From Actinomycetota bacterium (GTDB taxonomy: Bacteria; Actinomycetota; Acidimicrobiia; IMCC26256; VFJJ01): a DNA stretch of 50,265 bases. Made by a program: the position numbers and the translations under genes. Positions within the stretch are counted from its first letter, which is position 1. Every line of letters begins with the position of its first letter. The notes beneath the pieces were generated by a model. The model made no database searches. It was not told the origin of the DNA and saw only the letters and a list, made by a program, of their open reading frames with translations. The stretch covers positions 1 to 50,265 of the forward strand of contig VFJJ01000015.1 in the NCBI GenBank assembly GCA_009886115.1. Reading direction: 5' to 3'. This document shows positions 38,127-48,092 of the stretch, piece after piece.

Positions 38127-38933
38127 GTGGAACCCAAGGCGGTACTGGTCACGGGGGCGGGATCGGGGATCGGCTCGGGGATCGCCGAGGTTCTCGCCGC
38201 CCGGGGCTGGCGGGTCGCGGTCAACGACGTCGACCCCGTTCTGGCGGCCGACACGGCCGCGGAGCTCGGTGGCCCCGAGCGGGCCGTGGCCCTGTCGGGC
38301 GACATCGGCACCGAGCCGGAGGCGATCGTCGCCCGGGCCGCTGCGCTCCTCGGTGGTCGCCTCGATGCTCTCGTCAACAACGCTGGTATCCACCGGCGGG
38401 CCCCGCTCGCCGATGTCGCGGCCGACGACCTCGACGCCGTCTACCGGGTCAACCTCCGCGCCGTCGTGTTGGCCTCACAGGCCGCGCTGCGCCAGTTCCG
38501 TTCTTCCGGGATGAGCGGCGCGATCGTGAACGTCTCGTCGATCGCGGCTCTGACTCCACAGATGGGCGTGGGTCTCTACACGGCGACCAAAGCCGGCGTG
38601 TCGGCCTTCACGGCGCAGGCTGCCGTGGAGTGGGGCCCGTTCGGCGTGCGGGTCAACGCGGTGGCTCCGGGCATGGTGCGCACAGCGATGGCCGAGGCGG
38701 TGTACGCCGATGCCGAGTTGCACGAACGCCGACGGGCAATGGTCCCGCTCGGGCGTATCGGCCATCCGCACGACATCGGCACGGCGGTGGCCTTTCTCCT
38801 CTCCGACGACGCGAGCTACGTGACGGGCCAGACGATCGTGGTCGACGGAGGATTCACCAACGTGCTGATCGATCTGCTGCCGCATCCCGGAGCGCCGCAC
38901 CACGACGCCACCACCACACTGGCGCACCGGTGA
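38127..38933 (+). CDS. SDR family oxidoreductase
   Basis: TGAGSGIG, NNAG, YTATK, VNAVAPG; start uncertain. Confidence 0.9.
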   Translation: MEPKAVLVTGAGSGIGSGIAEVLAARGWRVAVNDVDPVLAADTAAELGGPERAVALSGDIGTEPEAIVARAAALLGGRLDALVNNAGIHRRAPLADVAADDLDAVYRVNLRAVVLASQAALRQFRSSGMSGAIVNVSSIAALTPQMGVGLYTATKAGVSAFTAQAAVEWGPFGVRVNAVAPGMVRTAMAEAVYADAELHERRRAMVPLGRIGHPHDIGTAVAFLLSDDASYVTGQTIVVDGGFTNVLIDLLPHPGAPHHDATTTLAHR

Positions 38934-39952
38934 GCAACCTCAGCCGTCCCGGCCTGATCGACGTGCACGCCCACGTGGTCCTCGACGGCACCATGGGCGC
39001 CGCCGGCCCGGCGTGCGGGCCCGAGATCGGGACCGGAGCCGACGGCATCGACTGGTTCCGCGTCGGCGATTGGTACCTCCACGGCGTGCCGTACCGCGGG
39101 TCGTTGTTCATGGAGGCCGAGCTGCGCCTGCGAGCCATGGACGAGCAGGAGATCAGGGTGCAGGCGCTCTCGCCCAACCCGCTCTCCTACCTCCACCGGA
39201 TCTCCCCACCCAATGCCGTCGACTATTGCCGACGGCACAACGACGACCTGGCCGAGATCGTGAGAACCCATCCCGATCGCTTCGTGGGTCTGGCTTCGTT
39301 GCCGATGCAGGATGTCGATGCCGCCGTTGCCGAGCTCCGGCGCAGTGTGGTCGAGCTGGGTCTGCTGGGGCCGTACATCGGCACCGATTTCGGCGTGCAC
39401 CTCGATGACGCCCGTCTCGACCCGTTCTACGGGGCGTGTGTCGAGCTCGACGTGCCGCTGTTCTTTCACCCCGCGCCGAGCGGGCTCGACGGGCCGCTCC
39501 GTGACGATCGCATGCGGCGCTTCGATCTCGACCTCGTGCTCGAGTTCTCGTTCGAGGAGATCGTCACCGTTGCCATGTTGGTGTTCGGCGGCGTGACCCG
39601 GCGCTTCCCCACGCTTGACGTGTGCGTGTCGCACGGAGGCGGATCGACGCCCGTCCACCTGGCCAAGCTGCGCAAGCTGGCCGAGCGGCGCCCGTCGATG
39701 CCGGAGTGGATCAGGCCGGTCGGCGAGTTCGACCGGGCGTTCGGGCGCCTCTGGTTCGACTGCCACATCACCGGCGAGCGGGAGTTCGCCTTCGCCGTCG
39801 AGCAGCTCGGGACCGACCATCTCGTGCTCGGAACCAACTTCGGCGGCTGGGATCGCGGTACCGCTCCCGCACTCGGTGCGCTCGCCGACGGTCTCACCGC
39901 CAATGCCGTGCGGTTGCTGCGGCTGGAGCGGCGAGCGCCACACCTGCTGTGA
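38930..39952 (+). CDS. ACMSD-like amidohydrolase-fold decarboxylase
   Basis: IDVHAH, HPDRFVGLASLPMQD, FFHP, SHGGG, GTNF. Confidence 0.85.
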   Translation: MSNLSRPGLIDVHAHVVLDGTMGAAGPACGPEIGTGADGIDWFRVGDWYLHGVPYRGSLFMEAELRLRAMDEQEIRVQALSPNPLSYLHRISPPNAVDYCRRHNDDLAEIVRTHPDRFVGLASLPMQDVDAAVAELRRSVVELGLLGPYIGTDFGVHLDDARLDPFYGACVELDVPLFFHPAPSGLDGPLRDDRMRRFDLDLVLEFSFEEIVTVAMLVFGGVTRRFPTLDVCVSHGGGSTPVHLAKLRKLAERRPSMPEWIRPVGEFDRAFGRLWFDCHITGEREFAFAVEQLGTDHLVLGTNFGGWDRGTAPALGALADGLTANAVRLLRLERRAPHLL

Positions 39953-39978
39953 ACGCTGACCGGTCCCGCCTCCCGGAG

Positions 39979-40010
39979 CCCAACCTCCCAACCTCCCAAC
40001 CGCCCAACCT
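39979..40010. repeat. Intergenic 8-bp tandem repeat (CCCAACCT)x4, one mismatch
   Basis: Read directly. Confidence 0.85.
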
Positions 40011-40082
40011 GACCAAGAGTGAGTTCAGCCCCCTCCACCCCGGACTACTCACGCTTGGTCATCGCATGAGGAGCGCAGCACC

Positions 40083-40925
40083 GTGAAATACGCCATCAAA
40101 ACCTCTCCCCAGCACACGACCTGGACCGACATGCTCGACGTGTGGCGCGCCGCCGACGACATCGATGTGTTCGACTCGGCGTGGAACTTCGACCACTTCT
40201 ACCCCATCAACTCCCACGACTCCCATGGGCCGTGCATGGAAGGCTGGGTCACGCTCACGGCGCTGGCGCAGGCGACCACGCGCATCCGCATCGGGTGCAT
40301 GGTCAACGGCGTCGTGTACCGGCACCCGGCGGTGCTGGCCAACATGGCGGCCACGCTCGACGTCGTGAGCAACGGGCGTCTCGAGCTCGGGATCGGCGCC
40401 GGCTGGAACGAGGAGGAGTGCGACGCCTACGGGATCAGACTGGGGAGCCTCACCGAGCGTTTCGACCGCTTCGAGGAAGCCTGCGCGGTCGTCACCGGGC
40501 TGCTCAGCGACGAGACCACCACCTTCGACGGTCGCTACTTCCAGCTCACCGAGGCCCGCAACAATCCCCGTGGTGTGCAACGCCCGCATCCCCCGATCGT
40601 GATCGGCGGCCAGGGCGAGAAGCGCACCCTGCCGATCGTCGCCCGCTGGGCCGACCACTGGAACTATCCCGGTTTCGACACCGAGGGGTACCTCCGCAAG
40701 CGTGACGTGTTGCATGCAGCGTGCGCGGCGATCGGGCGGGATCCCGCCCAGATCGTCACATCGATGCACGTTCCCTTCAACGCCGAGACGGGCCCCGGAC
40801 CGGTGGCTGAGCTGTGCGCCCAGCACGCCGAGGCCGGCCTCGACCTCGCCGTGGTCTACCTGCCGCCGCCGCACACGCCGGCCATGCTCGAACCGCTCGC
40901 CAGGGCCCTGGCCGAGGTGGGCTGA
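40083..40925 (+). CDS. LLM class, probable F420-dependent oxidoreductase
   Basis: WNFDHF, EGWVTLTALA, YRHPAVLANMAATLD, GIGAGW, GGQGEKRTL. Confidence 0.88.
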   Translation: MKYAIKTSPQHTTWTDMLDVWRAADDIDVFDSAWNFDHFYPINSHDSHGPCMEGWVTLTALAQATTRIRIGCMVNGVVYRHPAVLANMAATLDVVSNGRLELGIGAGWNEEECDAYGIRLGSLTERFDRFEEACAVVTGLLSDETTTFDGRYFQLTEARNNPRGVQRPHPPIVIGGQGEKRTLPIVARWADHWNYPGFDTEGYLRKRDVLHAACAAIGRDPAQIVTSMHVPFNAETGPGPVAELCAQHAEAGLDLAVVYLPPPHTPAMLEPLARALAEVG

Positions 40926-40936
40926 GCCTCCTCGAA

Positions 40937-42055
40937 TCAGTGCTCGCGCAGGCCGGCCTTGACGAGGAGGGGGCGCAGGACCTCGTCGAATTGGGCCAGG
41001 CCGGCGTGGTAGTCGACCCAGCTGATCGTGATGCCGTCGAGGCCGGCATCGGAGAACTCCTGCATCCCCGCCACGACCTGATCAGCGGTTCCCACCAAGG
41101 GAATTGCTCCGTAGCCGGCGATGAGGTTGGCGGCCATTCCCGACCATCCGTCACCCAACGCGCTCTCCGAATTTGGGATCAGCACGTCGAGCAGGTTCTT
41201 GACCCCGGGCCAGTCGCCGAGATCGTGCACGTACCGGTCGCGGTAGGCGATGGCCTCGGCCTCGGTGTCGCGACAGACGATGTACCCCTGGCCGAACACC
41301 TGGATCTCACGCCCGAACTCCTCACGGGCGAGCCGCTTGACGTTGGTCGCGATCTCGCCGGCGCTGGAGATGTCGGGAGCGACGACGAAGTTCAGGTCGC
41401 AGTGCTGTGCAGCGAAGCGCTGGCCCCGCTCGCTGTTGCCCGCGCTCATGAGCACCGGGTACGGGCTCTGCACCGGCTTGGGCTCGGAGTAGGCGTTGGG
41501 GCTCGTGAAGTAGGGCCCGGCGTAGTCGAAGTCGCCGTCGCGCGTCCACAGTTCCTTGCACAGCCCGAGCCAGTCGTCGGCGTACTCGTAACGCTCGTCG
41601 TGCTCCTTCTGCGCCACGCCGAACATGGAGATCTCGGTCTCGTTCCAGCCGGCGACCATGTTGAGGCAGAACCGTCCGCCCGAGATGTGGTCGATCGTCG
41701 CCACCTCCTTTGCGGCCCGCACCGGATGCACCGTGGGGACGTGGAACGTGGCGAACACCGCGATGCGCTCGGTGACCGCGGCCAGGCCGGCGGCCCAGGT
41801 GAAGGTCTCGAAGTTGCGGTGGTTGAAGTTCACGTTGCCGCCCATGCCCCGCCAGCGCGCAACAGGGATGATGGCCTCGATCCCAGCGGCCTCGGCGGCC
41901 TTGGCCACCCGAACTGATTCCGGCCAGTCGATCTTGAGGGTCTCGGGCATGTCGGTCATCGAGCAGCCACCGCTCACGTTGACGCCGAAGACGCCGAGCT
42001 TGAGCTTGTTGGGGCTGGCCAGCATGGGGTTCTGCTCACGGGGTACGCGCGTCAT
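40937..42055 (-). CDS. LLM flavin-dependent monooxygenase (SfnG/RutA-like)
   Basis: KLGVF, PVARWRG, ETFTWAAGLA, HPVRAAK, AGWNETE, HDERY. Confidence 0.88.
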   Translation of the reverse strand: MTRVPREQNPMLASPNKLKLGVFGVNVSGGCSMTDMPETLKIDWPESVRVAKAAEAAGIEAIIPVARWRGMGGNVNFNHRNFETFTWAAGLAAVTERIAVFATFHVPTVHPVRAAKEVATIDHISGGRFCLNMVAGWNETEISMFGVAQKEHDERYEYADDWLGLCKELWTRDGDFDYAGPYFTSPNAYSEPKPVQSPYPVLMSAGNSERGQRFAAQHCDLNFVVAPDISSAGEIATNVKRLAREEFGREIQVFGQGYIVCRDTEAEAIAYRDRYVHDLGDWPGVKNLLDVLIPNSESALGDGWSGMAANLIAGYGAIPLVGTADQVVAGMQEFSDAGLDGITISWVDYHAGLAQFDEVLRPLLVKAGLREH

Positions 42056-42086
42056 GATGGCGATGACCTCCCAAAGGCCGACGGGT

Positions 42087-42108
42087 TTCAAACGAACGGT
42101 AGGTCGAG
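42087..42108. promoter_or_regulatory. Candidate operator, motif A
   Basis: TTCAAACGAACGGTAGGTCGAG in the divergent LLM/Dabb intergenic region. Confidence 0.55.
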
Positions 42109-42154
42109 GGGGTTCCGGTGTGCCACGCCGTTGCCGCCGTGCTAGCAAGGTGAG

Positions 42155-42448
42155 GTGATCCGACACTGTGTGATGTTCACGTGGGCCGACGATGCCACCG
42201 ACGAGCAGCGGGCCCGAGTGCCGGCAGAACTGGCTCGCCTCCCCGGGCTCATCTCCGAGATTCGGGCATATCGGTTCGGCAGCGACATCGGCGTGATGGC
42301 TGGTAACTACGACTTCGTCGTCAACGCCGACTTCGACGATACCGACAGTTATCTCCGATACGCCGAGCATCCCGAGCACCTTCGAGTGCTGACGGAGCAC
42401 ATCCGCCCGGCGATCTCGGCCCGGGCCGCCGTCCAGTTCCAAATGTGA
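42155..42448 (+). CDS. Dabb family (stress-responsive A/B barrel) protein
   Basis: IRHCVMFTW..YDF..F..YAEHPEH; 97 aa. Confidence 0.88.
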   Translation: MIRHCVMFTWADDATDEQRARVPAELARLPGLISEIRAYRFGSDIGVMAGNYDFVVNADFDDTDSYLRYAEHPEHLRVLTEHIRPAISARAAVQFQM

Positions 42449-42489
42449 GCGGAAATGCTCGCCCCGTGAGCATTTCCGCGCACATTTGG
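42439..42489. terminator. 22-bp hairpin between convergent genes (bidirectional terminator candidate)
   Basis: CCAAATGTG-a-GCGGAAATGCTC / GAGCATTTCCGC-g-CACATTTGG. Confidence 0.7.
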
Positions 42490-42509
42490 TTGCGGTTGGC
42501 TGGGGAAGC

Positions 42510-43721
42510 TCAGCTCGTGAAGACCACGCCGTAGCTGGCCCAATAGGGGCGTCGGGTGTTGGCGTCCATCACAGGCGGACGGGCCGGGTCGGGACGGGCG
42601 CCGTGGTCGAAGAGCTTCTGGACGGCCACCGTCGCCAGCCCGAACAGGTGGTCGTCGAAGCCGCCATCACGCTCGAGATCGGGAACGAGCCCGGCGGCCA
42701 GCTCCTGGCCGATACAGGCGTGCATTCCGCTGCCGAACGACAGGCCGTAGGGCCCGACCCCTTCGGGGAGTTGGCGATGCGGGTTGAAGTCGGCGGCGTC
42801 GGGCCCGAACACGTCGGGGTCGCGGTTGGCTGAGATGAGGTCGAACACGACGGTGTCGCCCACGTGGATCTCGGTCCCCGACCGCAGCCGGGCATCGACC
42901 AGAGCCCGCCGCATGCCCGTGGGGCTCGACGGGTTGAGGCGGATCGTCTCGTGCACGCAGCGCTGCACGAACAGCCGGTCGCTGGTGACGAGGCCCTCGT
43001 CGTCGGGATGGTCGGCGATCCATTCCCAGATCGCGTGCAGGCAGCGTCCGAACGCCGTGGCCGAGGTGTGGGCCCCGGCGAGGAGGAAGAACGCGATCTC
43101 GCGGGTCACCACATCGGGCGGCAGGGCGAGGTTGTCCTGGTTGCGCAGGAGCACCGTGAGGATGTCGCGCGGTAGCTCGTCCTCGGTGATCTCGCCGGCC
43201 GCGAGACGGGTGATGAGCGCACGCCGACGGGCTATCGAGGGATCGAGGAACTCGGTGTCGAAGTCGGCGATGGCCGATCGCACCTCGGCTTCCACCTCGG
43301 CCTTGGGACGGGTCGAGTGCCCGAGCGTGGCGCCCTCGATGAACTTCATGAGGTAGCGGTAGAGCCGGCTGGTCTCGTCGGGCGTGCCCAGCGGGCGGTC
43401 GACCCCAGCGGTGAGCGCGGCCAGGTTCATCATCAGGTGATGGCCGAGGTGCACGAGATCGGCCCGGCCCTCGGCGACGAAGGGCCTCACGGTGTCCTCG
43501 ATGACCGCTGGGAACAACGCTCGCTCGTACTGGAGATGGATGTCGCGCCGGAACAGGCGGTTCTCGAGCCGGCGCCGGGCCCGGTGGGCGTCACCGTGGA
43601 GGGTGACGAGCACGTCGGCCATCACAACCTCGCCGGCGTCGTACAGGCTCTGCTGGAAGTCCTTGTTGCGGTACGCCTCGAGCACGTCGGCGTAGCGGGT
43701 CAACACGATCGTCTCGGCCAT
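42510..43721 (-). CDS. Cytochrome P450
   Basis: AGAHT I-helix, HETIR (ExxR), ANRDP, FNPHR, FGSGMHACIG; starts at MAETIV. Confidence 0.92.
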   Translation of the reverse strand: MAETIVLTRYADVLEAYRNKDFQQSLYDAGEVVMADVLVTLHGDAHRARRRLENRLFRRDIHLQYERALFPAVIEDTVRPFVAEGRADLVHLGHHLMMNLAALTAGVDRPLGTPDETSRLYRYLMKFIEGATLGHSTRPKAEVEAEVRSAIADFDTEFLDPSIARRRALITRLAAGEITEDELPRDILTVLLRNQDNLALPPDVVTREIAFFLLAGAHTSATAFGRCLHAIWEWIADHPDDEGLVTSDRLFVQRCVHETIRLNPSSPTGMRRALVDARLRSGTEIHVGDTVVFDLISANRDPDVFGPDAADFNPHRQLPEGVGPYGLSFGSGMHACIGQELAAGLVPDLERDGGFDDHLFGLATVAVQKLFDHGARPDPARPPVMDANTRRPYWASYGVVFTS

Positions 43722-43738
43722 GGCGCGATCGTACGTGG

Positions 43739-44500
43739 CTACGCGTTCGTGACGCCGAGGCCGAGGCCGCCGTCGACGGTGAGAACGCTGCCCGTGGTCC
43801 ACTCGGCGCGGGCCAGGTACTCGATGCCCTCGGCGATCTCGCCGACCGTGCCGATGCGGCCCAGGGCGTGCGATGAGGCCATCGACTGGAGCCGGGCCCG
43901 CGCCGTGTCGTCGTCGAACAGCCCGGCCCGTTGGTTGATCTCGGTGAACACGGCACCGGGACGGATGCACCCCACCCGGACGCCCTGCGGGCCGAGCTCG
44001 GCGGCGAGCACGCCGGTGAGCGTCTCGACGGCGCCCTTGGTCGCGGCGTACGGCGATGCCCCGGGGAACGCCCGCTGCGTGTGCACGGAGCCGATGAACA
44101 CGACGCAGCCGGAGCGCTCCGCGAGATGGGGGACGGCTTGGCCGGTGAGCATCATGGCCCCGACCACGTTGGTGTGGAAGACGTCGAGGAGCTCCCGCTC
44201 GTCGAGCTCGGTGATCGGACCCCGGTACATGTTGCCGGCGTTGTTGACGAGCACGTCGATCCCCCCACCGTGCTCGAGGGCCGTCGCCACCAACGCACGG
44301 CGGTCGACGTCGACGGTCACGTCGCCCTGGAGCCATCGGCATCGTGGACCGATCGACTCGGCGACCGCTTGAACCTTCTCGGCTCGGCGACCGTGGATCG
44401 TGACCCGGGCGCCGAGGGCGGCGAAATGGCGGGCGGTCCCTTCGCCGATCCCCGATCCTCCTCCGGTGACAACGACCGACATGCCCTCGACGGCTCTCAT
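43739..44500 (-). CDS. SDR family oxidoreductase
   Basis: TGGGSGIG, NNAG, YAATK. Confidence 0.92.
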   Translation of the reverse strand: MRAVEGMSVVVTGGGSGIGEGTARHFAALGARVTIHGRRAEKVQAVAESIGPRCRWLQGDVTVDVDRRALVATALEHGGGIDVLVNNAGNMYRGPITELDERELLDVFHTNVVGAMMLTGQAVPHLAERSGCVVFIGSVHTQRAFPGASPYAATKGAVETLTGVLAAELGPQGVRVGCIRPGAVFTEINQRAGLFDDDTARARLQSMASSHALGRIGTVGEIAEGIEYLARAEWTTGSVLTVDGGLGLGVTNA

Positions 44501-44609
44501 CGTGGCTGCTCCCCGGTGGAGTCGTGGCCCGGCGAGCACGAGCACGCCCTGCCCGGGTGAGAGAAGATCGCGGGGCGATCCCCGATCCCTCTCGAGAGCA
44601 CGAGGCTCC

Positions 44610-45449
44610 GTGTCATCGTCTGCCCGTTCAACAGAACCGTCCCCGCGAGCGGTGGTCACCGGCGCGGCCCGCGGCATCGGACGCGCCGTGGTCGAACGCC
44701 TGCGGGCCGACGGGTGGACGGTCGTCGCCCTCGACCGTCTCGGTCGCGACGCCGGCGCCTTCGATGCCACGGACGCGACGGATGTCGCGGGCGCACCGGA
44801 TGGCTTCGATGCCCTGGGTGGATCCGACGGCGTGATCGCCTGCGACATGGCTGATCCCGATGCCATCGCGCGGGTGGCCGCGGCCGTGGGACCGGTCGAC
44901 CTGCTCGTGAACAACGCGGGGATCTGGCGCTTCGGTCATCTCGAGGACGTACCCGTCGCCGACATCGACGACGTTCTCGCCGTCAACCTGCGCGGACCGC
45001 TGCTGGCCATGCAGGCCTTCGTGCGTCCGATGCTCGAGCGGGGCCGTGGCGCCATCGTCAACGTGGTGTCGAGCGCGGCGGCCCAGGTGAACACCGGCGT
45101 CGGGATCTATGCCGCGTCGAAGGCGGGCCTGCTCGCACTCACCCGACAGGCAGCCCTCGAATGGGGGCCGCGGGGCATTCGGGTGAACGCCGTGGGGCCC
45201 GGGCTCGTGCCCACCGAGGGGACGGCCGCGGTATACGACGACCCCGAGGTGCGCCGGGTGCGGGCCGGCGCCGTTCCCTTGCGGCGCTTGGGAACTCCGG
45301 CCGATGTGGCCGAGGTCGTGGCGTTCCTGGGTTCGGAACGGGCGGCCTACGTGAGCGGTCAGGTGCTCTACGTCGACGGCGGGTTGACCCAGTCGCTCAT
45401 GACGCTCCTGCCCCGTCCGCCGGGCACGGCCGGGCCCAGCGCCGAGTGA
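44610..45449 (+). CDS. SDR family oxidoreductase
   Basis: TGAARGIG, NNAG, YAASK; start approximate. Confidence 0.9.
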   Translation: MSSSARSTEPSPRAVVTGAARGIGRAVVERLRADGWTVVALDRLGRDAGAFDATDATDVAGAPDGFDALGGSDGVIACDMADPDAIARVAAAVGPVDLLVNNAGIWRFGHLEDVPVADIDDVLAVNLRGPLLAMQAFVRPMLERGRGAIVNVVSSAAAQVNTGVGIYAASKAGLLALTRQAALEWGPRGIRVNAVGPGLVPTEGTAAVYDDPEVRRVRAGAVPLRRLGTPADVAEVVAFLGSERAAYVSGQVLYVDGGLTQSLMTLLPRPPGTAGPSAE

Positions 45450-45454
45450 CGCCG

Positions 45455-46327
45455 TCATCGAGCTCCGCCGTCTCCGCCGTCTCCGCCATCGGCGCCGGGG
45501 TTGCCGGAGCCGACTGAGTCGACCGACTGCGGGCGGGGAAGCTGGCTGATCATGTTCATGGTGACGCCCCCGTCGACGAGCAGGTTCTGCCCGGTGATGT
45601 ACGACGCGGCGTCGGAGGCGAGGAACAGCACGGCATCGGCGATGTCGTCTGCCGTTCCCAGCCGGCCCAGCGGCACCTTGGACGAGCGGATCTCGCGGAA
45701 TCCCGAGTCGGCATAGATCGGCGCCGACATGCCGCCGTCGATCAGGCCCGGCGCCACGGCGTTGACGCGGAGACCCCACGGCGCCCATTCGATGGCCATC
45801 TGCTGGGTGAGGAGCGCGATGGCCGCCTTGGTCGAGCCGTACGCGCCGGCGTTGGGTCCGGGCATCACCCCGTTCATCGACGTGATGTTCACGATGGCGC
45901 CCCGGCGCCCCTCGGCACGCAGGCGGCAGGCCACGGCTCGGGCCGTGAGGTAGGTGCCCGTGAGATTCACCTCGACCACGGCCCGCCAGTCGGCCGCGCT
46001 CAGATCGGCGAGCGGTCCGAAGCGCACGATGCCGGCATTGTTCACCAGCAGATCGGGAGTCCCGAACTCGTCGAGACAACGTTGCACAGCTGCTTCGTCG
46101 ACCGTGGATGCGATGAGCGCGACAGCTCGGGCACCCGGATCGCCCGGATCACCAGTGTCGCCAAGGCTCTGCGCGACTGAGCGAGCACCCGCCTCGTTCA
46201 CGTCGAGAACGCCGACGCGCATCCCGGTGGCGACGAGACGCCGGGCGATGACCTCGCCGATCCCGGAACCGCCTCCGGTGACGATGGCACTGGTCGTGAT
46301 GGCACTGGTCGTGATGGCACTGGTCAT
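45455..46327 (-). CDS. SDR family oxidoreductase
   Basis: TGGGSGIG, NNAG, YGSTK. Confidence 0.9.
   Translation of the reverse strand: MTSAITTSAITTSAIVTGGGSGIGEVIARRLVATGMRVGVLDVNEAGARSVAQSLGDTGDPGDPGARAVALIASTVDEAAVQRCLDEFGTPDLLVNNAGIVRFGPLADLSAADWRAVVEVNLTGTYLTARAVACRLRAEGRRGAIVNITSMNGVMPGPNAGAYGSTKAAIALLTQQMAIEWAPWGLRVNAVAPGLIDGGMSAPIYADSGFREIRSSKVPLGRLGTADDIADAVLFLASDAASYITGQNLLVDGGVTMNMISQLPRPQSVDSVGSGNPGADGGDGGDGGAR
46283..46327. repeat. 15-bp tandem repeat x3 at the SDR start
   Basis: GATGGCACTGGTC(G/A)T x3; encodes MTSAITTSAITTSAI. Confidence 0.85.
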
Positions 46328-46409
46328 GGCGCACCAGTCGCAGAGGCTCTGGGCATGGTGGTCACGTCGCTCTCCTCGCGAGCCTGCGGGCTCCGATACG
46401 TTCTGGCTC

Positions 46410-46808
46410 ATGGCTCTCGACCTCGACCAGACCCGAGCTGCGATCGGGCGGTTCCTTCGAGCCGTCGAGACCGGCGACGCCTCGGCGACAGCATCCTGTT
46501 TCACCGTCGACGGGACGTGGTCGAACATGCCCCACCCGCCTGCGGTGGGCCACGAAGCGATCAGGGCGCTCTTCGCTCGGGTGCTCGACCGTTCGTCGAG
46601 CGTTCGCTGGGACGTGGTGTCGGAGGCCTATGCCCCGGGTCGGGCGTGGTTGGAGCGCGTCGATCGATTCTGGATCGATGGCCTCGAGCACTCGGTCGCC
46701 TGCAACGGCGTCTTCGAGATCGACGAGGCCACGGGTCTGTTGCGCGAGGTGCGCGACTACGTCGACCTGGGCCCGTGGCGCGCCGGGTTGGAGGCCGCCG
46801 GGATCTGA
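46410..46808 (+). CDS. Limonene-1,2-epoxide hydrolase family (NTF2/SnoaL fold)
   Basis: WSNMP, ERVD and RDY match the LEH Asn/Arg-Asp/Asp catalytic pattern; TACGTT lies 7 nt before the ATG (possibly leaderless). Confidence 0.8.
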   Translation: MALDLDQTRAAIGRFLRAVETGDASATASCFTVDGTWSNMPHPPAVGHEAIRALFARVLDRSSSVRWDVVSEAYAPGRAWLERVDRFWIDGLEHSVACNGVFEIDEATGLLREVRDYVDLGPWRAGLEAAGI

Positions 46809-46849
46809 CGGCCGAGCGCACCGTCGAGAGGTGCATGCCGCGCGTCCGT

Positions 46850-48088
46850 TCATCGCTGGAACCGGCCGTCCAGACGCAGGCGCACCGGGTAACGGCCCCA
46901 GTTGCGGCGCGCCGTCGAGGTGTCGAGCGTCGGGAGATCGTCGGGATCGGGACGGGCGCCGTGCGCCAACAGTGCCCCGATCATCAACGGCACCGTCCCG
47001 TAGAGGTGCTCGGCCGGATCGGTGCCGGATTCGGAGGCCAGGCCGCCGTCGAGCTCCATCCCGATGCAGGCGTGCATCCCGCCCCCGAACGTGTGACCCC
47101 ACGGGGCAGCGTCGCTGCGGACCGTGCGGTGCGGGTTGAACTCGTGGGCGTCGGCGCCGAAGACAGCGACGTCGCGGTTGGCTGCCATCAGGTCGAGCGT
47201 CACCTGGCCGCCCGTGTCGACGGTCGTTCCGTTGCGGAGCTCGATCGGCGCCCGGGCCCGCCGCTGGCCGACGGGAGACGCCGGGTGCAGGCGCATCGAC
47301 TCGTGCACGCAGCGTTGGAGGAACAGGGGATCGGAGCGCACACGGTCGTCGTCGGCGGGACCGGCCCCGGCGAGCCAGGTGAAGATCTCGTGCACGGCAT
47401 GGGTGAAGGAGTTGGCCGTGGAGTGCATGCCTGCCTGGAGGTAGAAGGTGACCTCACGGCGGATCACGTCGTCGGGGAGCTCGAGCGCATCGGCATTGCG
47501 GGCCAGCACCGTGAGCACGTCGCGGGGGAGGGCGTCGTCGGCCAGCTCGCCATCGTCGACCCGGGCGATGAGCCGGCGACGGCGTTCCAGCGACGGACGG
47601 AACACGTCGGCGTCGAAGCGCTCGATGGCCGCTGCGACCTCGGCCCGCACCTCGTCCTTGGGTCGGGTGGAGTGGACGATCGTGGCGCCCTCGCTGAACC
47701 GGCACGAGTACTGGTACAACGCCTCCGACTCGGCCGCAGAACCAGTGGGACGGTCGACACCTGCGACCATCGCCGTGAGGTTGATGACCACGCGGCGGCC
47801 GAACGGCACGAGATCACCCCCACCGCCCGAGACGAGCGGGGCGAGCTGTTCGTCGATGGCCGGGGGGATGAGCTCGCGCTCGTAGAAGCGGAAGGTCTCC
47901 CTCCGGAACAGTCGGTTCTCGAGCCGGCGCCGGGCCTGGTGCTCACGGCCGTGGAGCACGATGAGCGCGTCGCCCATCACGAGCTCGGCCTCGTCGTAGA
48001 GCGACTGCGCGAGGTCCTTGTGGCGATAGGCATCGCGGACGTCGTCGTAGCGACTGAGCGTGATATCTGTCGGATTGTTACCGGCCAT
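46850..48088 (-). CDS. Cytochrome P450
   Basis: AGMHS I-helix, HESMR, ANRD, FNPHR, FGGGMHACIG. Confidence 0.92.
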   Translation of the reverse strand: MAGNNPTDITLSRYDDVRDAYRHKDLAQSLYDEAELVMGDALIVLHGREHQARRRLENRLFRRETFRFYERELIPPAIDEQLAPLVSGGGGDLVPFGRRVVINLTAMVAGVDRPTGSAAESEALYQYSCRFSEGATIVHSTRPKDEVRAEVAAAIERFDADVFRPSLERRRRLIARVDDGELADDALPRDVLTVLARNADALELPDDVIRREVTFYLQAGMHSTANSFTHAVHEIFTWLAGAGPADDDRVRSDPLFLQRCVHESMRLHPASPVGQRRARAPIELRNGTTVDTGGQVTLDLMAANRDVAVFGADAHEFNPHRTVRSDAAPWGHTFGGGMHACIGMELDGGLASESGTDPAEHLYGTVPLMIGALLAHGARPDPDDLPTLDTSTARRNWGRYPVRLRLDGRFQR

Positions 48089-48092
48089 GGGC

